A stretch of DNA of 63,661 nt, filler included, from Piptocephalis cylindrospora (taxonomy: Eukaryota), in assembly GCA_003614145.1 (NCBI GenBank). It is 4 parts of 4 records of this genome, joined end to end, with 100 filler letters (N's around TTAATTAATTAA, not from the genome) between each part and the next. Parts side by side here need not be neighbours in the genome. Positions count along the whole stretch, not along the records: positions 1 to 15,914 come from KZ987880.1; 3 more parts are not named here. One strand, written 5' to 3'. The notes under the pieces were generated by a model that was given only the letters and a program-made list of their open reading frames with translations, did no database searches and was not told where the DNA came from. The position numbers and the translations under genes are program-made. Shown here one piece after another: positions 1 through 11,718 of this stretch (the first letter of the stretch is position 1; each line of letters starts with the position of its first letter).

Positions 1-132
1 TGTGGTGTTTTGGTGGGGGTTTTTGGCCACTCCCCCGAGAAGAAAAAAAAAAAAAGTTAAAAACACAGGTCCCCTCTTTTTACAGGTATTTTGTCCCCCC
101 CCCTTACCCCCCCCCCCCCCCCCCCCCCCCCC
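1..132. other. Low-complexity contig end (A run, poly-C of about 26 nt at 107-132); probable sequencing/assembly artefact
   Basis: Homopolymer-dominated sequence at the very start of contig 1; mirrors the poly-G opening contig 2. Confidence 0.75.
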
Positions 133-1487
133 ATTGTTGCGTTTGGGATTGAGGGCGAGTCGAATCAAAGGCAATACCCGCACTACTCTGTTGGATGGAG
201 TGATGTGGCAAAAGGGCTGACCGTATGTGACCTACTTCCCCAAGGAAAAACAAGTATGTCAGATGGGTAATCCTAATCGGACATCCCAAGTGGGCTGATA
301 AGAAAGAAACTGGGGAGATGGGGCTGGCAACGAGGAGCCTCCGTCGATATTACTTCCAAAAGTGACCAAGCTTCTCTATACAATATATTGGGTCACTGTG
401 TATCGGCGTTGTTTCTGATGAGATTCTAACCCAGTCCACCAAGCTTGAGATCCACCCTGGCATATCTCAGCCTCGTGGCAGATGCGGTGGCATACCGGAG
501 ACTTGCATGCTGGCCTCTTGGTCCCCTGCTCCATAGAAGACGTTTTGGCCAGTATTGTTCCCTGATCAAACCTCTCAAGGACTCATTGGGCTAGAAATTC
601 CCATTCTTGGTATGCTTCTCGTTATCTACGCCAAACAAACTACTCTATCATGATGGCTAGGCCCATGTAGTTCTTTGTCTTTCAAAGGAGCATACTGTAC
701 CGTAATTCATTAATCTTTTTCTCCCTTCCTGGCCAGATCCAGAGTCTAGAAGGTGGGGTCGACAATGTGATTTTGTCAAGGGTCAATGGGACTTTCACAG
801 CACTCCTCACATGTGGCAAGAGCTCATGGGGGCGCTATGAGTATTTTATGGCAAAAAAAAAGTACCAGTCCTTGCCTTGTGCCCTGAATATTTCCAACAC
901 CTTCCACTTCACTCACGGTGGGCGCGGATGATCGGCTGGGCTACGAGTCTGGACCTAGGTCCGACTTAGGCTCGGCCTGATATATAGGGAGGGTCATTTT
1001 TTGTGGGGTTTTTATGTATCAGTTTCGGTGATGGATAACCAATTTTTGGCCAATACACCGCTTCCTCTCTCTTTTCGACATCTTCCTTGACCCGTCCCGT
1101 CCTAGACCCCGCCATCAGCGTAAAGGGGAGCGGATCTAGGTAGAATCAGTTATGATACATTTTGTGGTGGTCATTCTGTGGTAGCTTTAAGTAAGATGAG
1201 AGCCTGTGTTGAGGGAAATTCACCCTGGCAGAAAGCCCAGCCTATGTATGGATGGGCTTTACCTAGGGTGACTGGCTCAGGTGCTTTTCGTAGAAAACAT
1301 CCCTAATACAGACATCATCCATCTGAAGAATTTCACCAAGAACTTGAGGGAAAAGACTACCAGAATGTATAGTGGATGAATCTGGGGATCTCTACGACAA
1401 CATCAAGGATTGGAGGTAATTTGAGAATGCGTATCTATTGACGAAGCATGCAAAGTAATGATGGGAGGCACTCTTTCTGGAAAATGA

Positions 1488-3503
1488 TCACCGAGGGAAA
1501 GAGCTGGCGGGCTTCGTAGGCGGGGCACTATAAGCACGAGCTAGCGCAGAATGTCTGGGAAGGCCGTGGTTGACCAAGTGTTGAGATGAGCGCTCGGAAG
1601 ATTCAACACCAGCATCATAGGGGGGTGGCCGGTTGAATTGCTCTGAGGAGACCTTAGAGCGCGCTGTAGGAAGTTTGACACGAGGGGTGGTATCGGCAAA
1701 GCCCTCGTCATCGGTTCGGACCTGAGGATTTGAAAGTTTTTTCCGGGGAAGCTTGACACGAATACCGTGGTCAGCGGAATTAGCACCCACTACAGACGAG
1801 TCGGTTTGAGCTTGGAGAGAAGATTCAGGAGTACCATGGCGACGATCAACAGTAGCTGTCCTGGTACTACCACGAGTAGGGAGTTTAGGAGGTAGGGCAG
1901 AGAAGAAAAGGGAATGATCACTGGTTTTCTTTGATAGCGAATACGACGAATCGCGGCGGAAGGGCTCCAACGAAGTATGGGCTTGAGCTTGGTCACTAGG
2001 CACATTTCCATAGGTGGTGGGAGTGTAGGTAGTGTGCATATTCGAGTAATGGCCAGCATGCGTCATGGGAAGATCATGGGAATACCGATCGGGGCTCGGG
2101 TTATATGAGTGCCCTGCCGTATTCGCCTTGGAGGAGGGGGACTGGTGATGGGGGCCCATCTCAGAAGGAGAGGGGGACTGGCGACGGGAATTCGTTCTGG
2201 GGGGAGAAGGGGCCTGGGGACGAGCATTCTCGGAGACAATTTGGGTATACTGGCTCGGACGAACAGGAGATGAGTTCGCGCGAGCGAGGCCATTTTCACG
2301 GGCTCTCCTAAATGACTCTTGCTTATTCTTGTTCCTAACCCAGCTTCTGGTGATCTGCTTATCCCAGGAATTTCCTTCGCCCGGGAAAACGGACTCCCAG
2401 ATATCTTCACTGACTAGTTTATCGTCATTTACTTTTTTCGCTAAACCAGGGAAGGGAAGGACAGGCAATTTTATGGAGGGGTAATTACCCTTTATGAGCG
2501 TAGTGAAGTGGGGAAGGCCGTCGACCTGACCTCCCGAATGGACCCGACGTCTCAGATTGATCCAGTTCCAGGCTTTATCCTGAAACTTAAATCCACAGGG
2601 AATTTCAACGGCCCCAACGTACAATGAGTTGCCATTTTTACCCAGAAGAACCTTGTAGAACGAACAAGGGAGGAAGGGCATGTGATCTTTGGGGACATTT
2701 TCGCCGATTAAGGGGCCTGAGATAACCCAAAGTGCCTCGAAGTTTTTGGACATGGCGCGAATGGCCTCCTCAAGGACCATCCAGGGGCCAAAATTATGGG
2801 AACTTGGCTGCTGGATGTTATTTTCGGTAAAGTAGGTACCTCGTTGAAGGAGATCTTGATCTTCGGGATCCGAAAGAATATTAATAACGTCACTAGGCGT
2901 AGTCATGTGCCCACGATCAAAAGTTCTTTTCCCGGACTCCGTGCGCCTCACAGTAACATCTAGAAGTCTAAGGGTGGAATCCCAGGTTTTGCGCCCCGCG
3001 CTGTCGAGAAAAGGATGTGTAGCACGTTCGGGGAAATATGAGGAAAATTGGTTCTGGGTCATGACGACCATAGACCACCGGCACATATTGAGGAGTGTAT
3101 CGTAACCAGCAGCATAATAGCCCAGGTCTAAGATGGAAATTCCATCGTCTTTTTGCACATCCCTAAACTCTCCAGTCACTTTGCGGAAGTCGGGAAATGG
3201 TTTAGGAAGCCCGAAGTGATGAAGTTTTTCAGCACGGAAACGAAGCTTTTTTTTAAATTTTGGATCTTCGAACATCGCTGAAATGATATCCTGAAGGAGT
3301 GAGCAGAGCGAGTATGAGCATACTATAATATAGCTAAGTTCACCAGACACATCATTTTTTTTCCTAGAGGGTCCCCTACTTATTCATTCACCTCGACTTA
3401 CAGCATTTTTTAGATGTGCCAGATCCTGAAAACCATGATCCATGGCCATGGAACTATATGCACAGCCCAGGAGCAGGGCGCCAGCAATATAGAGGATCTT
3501 CAT
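1488..3503 (-). CDS. Secreted DNA/RNA non-specific endonuclease (EndoG/Nuc1/NucA, His-Me finger family) with long Ser/Pro-rich C-terminal tail; 2 exons (3503-3402, 3290-1488), about 634 aa
   Basis: FDRGHM catalytic motif, TYFTENNIQQ, HNFGPWMVLEEAIR, LWVISGPL and PCSFYKVLL match family blocks. Exon 1 encodes MKILYIAGALLLGCAYSSMA (signal-peptide-like) and is followed by a GTAAGT...CAG phase-0 intron at 3401-3291 that joins in frame. Confidence 0.85.
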
Positions 3504-3745
3504 GGTAAATGAGCACGAGAGGGGAGGGGGTGGAGATAGTGAAGAGTTGAGAAGAGCAGTGATAGAGATGAAGGATATGGTCGTTGTGTTGCGTTATGTT
3601 ACGTCTCGTCGTGACTGTGATTACGTATAGATTTGAGCACAAATGTGAGGGTAAGGTCCGCGTAGAGACGCGAGGAGGAAAGACAGGGGGAGGAGGGTAG
3701 GGGAGGAATAAGAGCAGACACTGAATGTATCTTGGAACGACACTG

Positions 3746-3755
3746 GCTTTTATAT
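3746..3755 (-). promoter_or_regulatory. Putative TATA box (TATAAAA) upstream of the nuclease gene
   Basis: Minus strand reads GATATAAAAGCC about 245 nt upstream of ATG 3503. Confidence 0.35.
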
Positions 3756-5650
3756 CTTTCAGAGGCTAAGTTTAACTTATCCATCCCCAATATGACAAGA
3801 TGTTAGAGTGGCTAGCCCGGGGCTGGCCAACTCATGAATAAATAAGTTGCCCCACGTGCTTTTGCACGTTGTTTTTATAGACCAGCGGGAACTGGAAGGA
3901 GAAAATCGAGGCGTTGACCCAAGGCGATGATAACCGGGGCTTAAAATCCACCTTTCAGCACTTGTGCTGAACTCCGCAAAGCTTGTCATTATTGTACCTC
4001 CAATGCATACTGACTTGCCTGTACTATTGGTGACAGGCATGCCTGCGCAAAAGAGCGCTAGGATGTGCGCTAAATTCCATGTGTTCAGCGCATGGGTTCA
4101 TCCTTTCCTTTTTACTGCGCTGAAAGGCTTATCATCCAACAGAGCAAGTGTCTAGAAGAAATAAGTTTTTTGCGTTGACAGATCCCTTAAACACGACGTC
4201 TACACCACAACTTTTTCAAGTAGTATCAGTACAGGGGATAGCACATAAACGGGGCGCCGCGTGCAATATTGAAATAATACTGTCTAGCCGTGTCAGGCTT
4301 AGCAGATTTGAAGTCAAAGGCAAGGGTGCAGTAATTTGGGTAAGCGTGATAAAAGCTGGATGAATCAAAGAAAACAAAAGGCATGAGGATGGGAGGTTGG
4401 GCTTTCTTGGCCGCTTGCACTATCGGCCAGTCGCCCACTAACTAGGCCATCGCACCCACAATAAGCATCCAAGGGGGCGCATCTTCACTCATGCTCTATG
4501 AAGATGATTTATATAGTCTGTTATTTACAATGAAATAGATGCTGTAAAGTTTTTATATATTGTTTTACGTGTTTTTATTAAGGGGGGCTATCATAGTATG
4601 ACTGCTATAGACAACATTTGAGCATGAATCGCTCCTGCTTATCGATTAAGTGGATAAAGCCCTCAGATTGTAAGGGCTGTCAATTTGGATTATGGATAAG
4701 CTCGTGTTCTATTCCGCTATAGAATCGACACAGATAATCAATGGAAGCATGCTCAACGAAGGAGTGTTCATAGTTGTTTTAGAGAGGCACTGCTTCTATA
4801 CAGTCTAAATCAACTAAAAGTATTTCGGTCGATAGCTATCATAGCAATATCATCATAAGGCAAAGAGATGGAATCCGACGGAAATATGGTTACCATCTTA
4901 GGATCGAGTGAGATGCGCTCCCTAATGTTCATCCGCCTCAGAAGCCACTTCTTCTGCTTAGCGCTCACTTGGTACTCTTTGTCAAATCCTTTAAGCATTT
5001 CGCATCTTGATGTGCTGGCATTTAATCATCCTTCACATGTTCGATCTGCTTTGTACAACATGAAGGGTGTTTCCATTGCGTGACATCTCCCCCCCACACA
5101 CAAAAGGCCCATCATGAGTACTTTTTCCGTTATTCTGATCCTAAATATGTGTGTACGCATGCAAAAAAAAAGGCCCGAAATTGGTTTTCCTGTGCTGTGT
5201 GCCCCTTAAGTGGCTGCTCCATACGACAATGTTTTTTAACGTACAAAAAAGGTCCGAGTTTACAGATACTGAATCTGTCATACTACCCTTGAATACTCCC
5301 CTGCCTTTCAAGGCGGCACCTACCCAGTCGCGCTTATCCAGATGGGACAATTTCTGCACTATGAAGGAGAGAATTGGTGCAAAGAGGAGAAAGAAAAATG
5401 ATAACAACGGTCACGGTCCTCATCATCCTCTGGCCGCTGCCATCGCCACTGCCTCTCATAGTGGGAGAGATGTAACACCGGCGGCCCACTTCCTCCCACT
5501 TGGGCCGTCTCTTTCCTCATCCCATTCCATTCCATCCCGCCCCATCGCTGCCTGATCCCCCCCTTCGTATTTATCCTCGTTCCATCCCTTGTCTTCCTTA
5601 TCCCCTACCGTGTTGTGTCACTCCTACCCATTGTCCTCGCCTTTCGCATC

Positions 5651-8600
5651 ATGTCGTTCACCGGTAAAGACACCACCGAGGATCACCATTTACTCCCTCA
5701 GCTCATCCCAGCCCTCACCTCCTCCAAACCTCCGGGTGGATTGCGCGTCGAATCTGCTCAGGTGGGCCGGGAACTCACCAAGCTACGTCCATGTGACTCA
5801 GAGGGCTGCCTTTACTGTCGGGAGTGGGCTTTCCTTCTGGGCCGTCGGCTTCTTCGGGCTCATGCCTCCTCCAATGCCCCGGTCTCCCTCACGGTCCTGG
5901 GTGCGGAACCATCCTCCTCGGGAAAAGCGCCACCTACAGGCTCCTTGAAGCCTCGGAGCCACATATCTAGCCTGGTCAAGGATCTAGCCAAGCAAGAGGA
6001 GTTTGACGCCTTCCTCGCCACTCTTACTACTTGGATGTCCCAGTGCCCTCTGGCTGTTGTCCAGGCATCCACTATTTTTCTTCCCGTTACTTTGGATGAG
6101 CGGACCCTGGATTCCTCACCAGCCCATGATGCTGCTGTTCTGGCCCATGCCCAATATACCTCCTCCCAGCTGGGGTCGACTGAGGAAAAGGTCTCGGGTA
6201 AGAAGCCCCTTGTCTCCACCCCGTTTTCCTCTTCTTCCGCATCTTCCACCTCCTCCACTTCCTCCTCAGTTGCCACACCCACTCTCTCTTCGGGCCCTGA
6301 AGAGTCGTCAGAGGACATCTTGCACACATCAGCTTTATGCCTCCTCTCCCAGGCACTGACAGTGGATAAACGGGGTGTGGGGCTCACCGAAGATGACATG
6401 CCCTTACTAGGGGCTCTTGGCACAAAATCTCTCCTTCTCGACCTTGTATCCCCGACATGTCATCATAGGCGCGGGAAGGACCGTGGCCCCGCTGATCTGG
6501 CTCATGAGGGCAAGATTCTTAATGAGATCCTCTTCCGCCATGGGAAAGCCGATGCCGACACTCGAGGTAAGGCCGCTCAGCCGGCCTGGGAGCCCGTGCG
6601 TGCTCTCATAAGGTCCTTTCAGCAGATTGCTCGTGACTTCGCAGCCCTTCGGCAGGGTCCGGGTATGCCCACCACTTCTGGATCTTTGGATGCTGCAGGG
6701 GGCCAGGGGGTCGGCAGGGTTCCTGGATGGAATGACGTCTTTGGTCCTGTGGCCGAAGCAGCCAAGAAGAAGGGGAAGGGAGGTAGTAATGGTGGGAAAG
6801 GTGGGGCGGATACTGAAAACCTGGTCCAGGAACTGGATGATGCTGCCACCACCTACCTCCAAGGCCAGGCATCCTCTTTATCCTCCTACCATGAAGAGGT
6901 CCTGAAGCCTCGAGTGGTGGCGCTATGTGGCTTGTGGGAAAGGATCCTTGAATCTACTCAAATGGCTTGCGCAGCCCTCAATGTCCCTTTGAGTGAGACT
7001 CACATCGAAGGCCGGGTCAAAGAATCTCGACGTGTCCTCACTGAGACCGAAGGCCAGCTAGCTGATCATCTGGATCAGGCCAGAAAAACTTATGAGGAGG
7101 ATGCTCGAGGTTTAAAGGAAGTGTACTTTAACGAAACCAAGGCTACCCCGACTGGACGGATGGAGCGGGCTGCTAGTAAGGAGTTCCGCAAGATGACCCG
7201 ACGTCTCGAGGTGAACCAAGCCCAAGCCCGATCCAAGGCAATTACTCTGCTTCTTGACCGTTTGGATGATGCTCCCATCACCCGGGCCCTCCTCGACCTC
7301 CTTCCCCCTCTTCTTACTTCCATGGAGGCCCGGGAGGAGGAGATCTTCCTGGCTCTTGGCTTGGAAAATCGGGCCACCCTTCGGAGTTTGGTCCAAAAGC
7401 GTCAGCGTCTCGAGGGCCAGTACCGGACCGGTATCCGCCAGGGTCAAAGGACAGTTGGGCTCACAGTTGGTCGTCTTCTCCTTCGTGAGGGGCGAAGGGT
7501 TTTAGAGCTACAAAAGGCCGAAAGGAAGGGTGATGCCCTTCTTGAGACCATTGGAGCAGGGGAGGGCTCCGAGGGAAAGAAGCAGAAGAAGAAGAAGAAG
7601 AAGCTTCAACAGCAGCTGGCCAAGGCCAAGGATACCGCTGAGGGGGAGGAGGCCGCTGCGATTGCTGCTGCTGCCAAGAGGGAGGAAGAGGAGCGAAGGA
7701 TGAGAGAAGAGGAGATGGTGAGGAAAGAGGCTGAAAAGGCGGAGAAAGAGAGGAAGAAGATGGAGATGGAGAAGGAGAAGGGGGAAAAGGAAGAAGAGGA
7801 AAGGAGAAAAGAAGAAGAAGAAGCAGTAGTGGCGGCCAGGAAACTAAAGGAGGCTCAGGAGGCGACCAAGCGGATTAAGCAAGTACCTGTTCCCGTCACT
7901 TCCCCTACCGTCGTTGCATGGCCCAAGGCTCCCTTAACACCCAAGATAGATGTCAAGCCTACGGAGGTCAAGGTCAAGGAGGAGGCTAAAGTGGAAGGGA
8001 AGAAGAGTGTCAAGAAAGAGGAAGGGGAAGTTGTAAGGAATGCGATCGAGAAAGTGCCCATAGAATCTCCCACAGATTCACAGCCTGATCTCCCTACGGC
8101 TCCTCCCCCCCCTCCCTTCTCTCTACTCCACTTACCCTGGAGAAAGGTGAAGATGAAAAGACCATGCTTGCTCGACTGAATGCGGATCGCCAAGGCCTAC
8201 TACAGGAACTAACCAGGACCCATCAACATGTACTGGCCCTTCAGGAGAGGTGCCAACACCTTGCAGACACCTGCAGGGCCCTGGAAGGAGGCTTACGGGA
8301 GAGGGACGCCTTGCTTGCCGCTGCCTTGGACCGGGAGGCGGCTGCTGTGAGGGACGCTTGTGCTGCTGGGAACTATGTGGGTAACCTGGAGCGCAGACTT
8401 CATGAGGCCGAGCGTCTTCTCCATCTCCACTCTATGAGCGGAGGAGGATCCCAGAGCCCTAGCCACGGTCCTGGTGGGTCAAATGGTCCTTGGTCATCCC
8501 CCTCAGGGACGCCCAATGGGGGTTATGGCGGGGGTTTTGAGTTCTCCTCCCCTCCTCCCTCTTTCTCCCAGTCACCGGGACCCAACCGTCCTGGTATAGA

Positions 8601-9369
8601 GGGGACCATGACTCCCCCCACCCAATATTCAGTATCCAGTGGAGGAGGCAGCGCTGTGGAGGAGGCAGCCAAGAGATTGGAGACCGAGTTGTTTGATGAG
8701 TCCTCGATCACTCATCGAGATGGCTCCTACAGACCTTCCGCCTTATCTCTCCGTTCACGGATTCCCTCAGGGTCTGGTCATGGCTCCTCTCCTGCCATGT
8801 CGCCCAGGTCTCCCCGATCTCCCGGGACCATGATGCCCCCGCCCGGGATGATGGGTTCTATATCGGCTAAGCCCCTGGGCAAATCCCCGAGTAATGGGCT
8901 TCTACGTCATCTCCCCCTGACCTCCCCCTCTTCCTCCTCTCCTTCCTCCCCGACCACCAGCACCGGGGGGTCCTCTTCTTTCTTGGCCTCGGCTGGGTCT
9001 ATTGGTCCTGGGGTGGGGGTAAAGGCTGCTCCTCCTGGTCTTCCTGCCTCACCCACCTCGACCAACAGCTCCTTTCCCTTCCGTCGGCCATCGGCTACTC
9101 CTCACTCCAATCATACCTCGACCAACACAACTGGGAATTGGAGGGCCGGGTCCTCCACTGGACAAGATTCTGGGTCCTGGAGGAGCCGTGGATCATCCCC
9201 CGAACTTGCTCCCACCCTGCCTCGGGGCACGTCTCGTGGGACCATGCGCTCTACGCTCAAGTGCGCCAACTGCGGTATATCTGGCCATCGGAGTGACGTA
9301 TGTACCGAGCCATGCAGGAAGTGCGATTCCTTAGCCCACACATGCGAGGTGTGTCCATCTGGACTTTAA
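5651..9369 (+). CDS. Large uncharacterised coiled-coil protein with C-terminal tandem CCHC zinc knuckles; appears as two ORFs (5651-8179, 8164-9369) separated by a -1 frame break near the C8 run at 8105-8112
   Basis: Long helical and E/K-rich region. The second ORF ends CANCGISGHRSDVC...CRKCDSLAHTCEVC (two C-X2-C-X4-H-X4-C motifs). One extra C in the run fuses both into about 1240 aa. Confidence 0.7.
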
Positions 9370-9529
9370 GGAGGGGGGATTAGATAGATCAATGCTATTG
9401 GCGATGGTGATAGCGAGGGAAAAATATAATCTGGATGAAACAACATTGTCGAGTTTTTAAATCATTGATATATGGATAGGGGGAAGCAAGTATATAGTGG
9501 GATAGGAGAAAGGAGGGGGGTTGTCCAGC

Positions 9530-11621
9530 TCAGACATATAATCCTAAATGAGGGGCAAAGTGGTCATAGGCGGCCATGCCACTTTCTTCCCATGCCGCTT
9601 TGGTTAGGGTGATCGACTGCAGAGTGGAGGTGTGATGTAGAGTCACGTTTTTCATCCCTTTCCAAGGGATCGACTCCGGTCTACGCCAGGAGAGTATGAG
9701 GCATATGTCAGGGTCAATGTAGTGATACTAAGAGAAAGATGATGTACCTATCGGATAGATGGATCCCCAAAGGGGTACCCTGAGGTACATAGGATTCTAA
9801 ATCCATTTGCAATCGATTGTGGAAACCGGGAAAGTTGAAATTCCCGCCGACCAGGACAATGTTGGACCACAAAAGACTTTGAATCTCTGGGGGAGACACG
9901 TTGATGGAAAGAGCGATGGATTCGGCCAGTCCAGCTTCTTGGATACCTTTGGATTGAGATGGAAAAGCGGTTATGGAGAGCGGAGAAGAGGAAGACAGGA
10001 AAATAATCCGACATACCAATATCATTGGGGTGAAAAAGTATCTCCGGAATTTGGATTTGTTCATTCCCCATCTTCAATACTTGATCTGCCGGGTCTCTTG
10101 ACGGAGAGTTGGCTTCCTCAGAAGATCCCTGAGAGAAGTGGTGTGAAATGTAGCTACTTTTCATCCCTAAAACTATAGGCTTACCCGAATGTAACCGTGA
10201 TACCGGTGAACAAAGTCTGGAAGAACATACTCTCGATCCATGGTACTTTGCTGATACCTATTGGGGAAAGGCAAATCAAATGCTGAATAATAGATGTCTA
10301 TGTAAAAATGAGAAACGCCTACTTGAACCGGTCCATTTCTTTGGGATAATCTTGAGCGACGTAACAGCATTTCTCCTTAACATGATTAACCAGGAGAGTC
10401 TCATCCATCATGTTCCATTGCCTGATGTATTTATGTCAGTTCTAGTTAGTTTTAGATCCCCTTCCCGTCTTGAAAATGACTCACCGAAAAGAAATAGTTT
10501 GCTTGAGGTAGTTGGTCAGGAGCTTTCCACCTACATTGATTCTGATAGAGACAATTTTATGAGCGTTACACATCTTCAAAGGACATTCCTGCCAAATACA
10601 CATCCCTAAACTTACCTCTTGATCGACCCGTACAGAGTTCGACCATGGAGCATGGGGACGATATGTGTGGAAGAGAAGCCACAATCAACGATGACCATGG
10701 CTTCCGGAGTCACTACATCTTTAGCCAAGCCCTTTGGTGATTCCAAGGAGGGTCGAAGATCATTTTTTGCCGCGAACCATGTTCCTACAAAGCGAAGAGC
10801 CTCATAAATTTAGTATTCCGTGCAGGAAAAATAGATGCAATTATTTCCTCCCTCTCACCGAATCAGTCCTTACCGGGGGCCAAAGCCAGTTCTGCAAATC
10901 CTCTTTCCTCCAAAGCTACCTCAATGGCAGCTTGCCGAACATTTGGAAGGTTCAATGGAGGTTCAGTCAGAAGAAGTCGTATATCGCTGGCATCGGTCAC
11001 CTGGAGCGAGGAAAGGAGATAATGGTCAGTGTGATTAAGAACGGTTCCTCGAAAGAGGACAGCGACCTATGACTCCTTACATTGAGTAACTCTGGAGAGA
11101 ACAATCGATCCCATATAATGCGCTCTGCATCCCAATCCACCAGGATCCCCTAAGAATAGGATGGAAGATAGGTAAGAGGAATGACCCATTGCTCCCAACC
11201 TGAGAAAATAAGAATAAGAATAACACATCTTGTCATACCCGGTCGTGTGGTCTTCTCAGGGCCATCCCAGCATATGTTTTACAATGGGCCACTTGGTCCC
11301 CTACCAGAAACGTTCCACTCTTTTGCCCTGGGATGCGACCCAGGACGTTTGGAAGCACTCTACCCTCCAAGAACCACATGAGTATTCTAATGATGACTGC
11401 ATGCAGGATCAAGATTCTATCCAAAGACGTACATGGGCTGGGAGCTTGTATCGTGAATGAAGCCGGCGCGAACACTCCCGGCCCCATTATCCAAGGCCAA
11501 GGTGGTGAGAGAGCTCATGAGGTGCTACAAGGTAAAAGACAGCAGGTAGGAGAGGTTGGATCAAAGGATTTCAGATAATAATACTTACGCGTGGCTTTCG
11601 ACTGTTCGGTTTAAACTCCAT
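9530..11621 (-). CDS. ARP6: Actin-related protein 6 (SWR1 complex), multi-exon; start at 11621 (short first exon) or 11518
   Basis: LALDNGAGSVRAG, FLVGDQ..CKTYAGMALRRPHDRG, REYVLPDF, QVLKMGNEQIQIPEILFHPNDIG and IVLVGGNFNFPGF blocks across GT-AG separated exons; stop TGA 9532-9530. Confidence 0.9.
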
Positions 11622-11718
11622 TGTTGACTTCCAAGGGACGCGGCCTCAGCGTGCACCCACACCATACTTGCTTTCTCTTTGTTTCACCCCACTCTAGGAT
11701 CTGTACCAATTTTTCAAC

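Noticed and set aside
2..289. Poly-Pro and poly-Gly ORFs at the window start (and 15963-16199)
   Set aside because: Produced by homopolymer runs at contig ends
8164..9369. Retrotransposon gag (zinc knuckles plus -1 frame shift)
   Set aside because: Knuckles lie after the shift rather than before it; no pol domains, LTRs or primer-binding site seen
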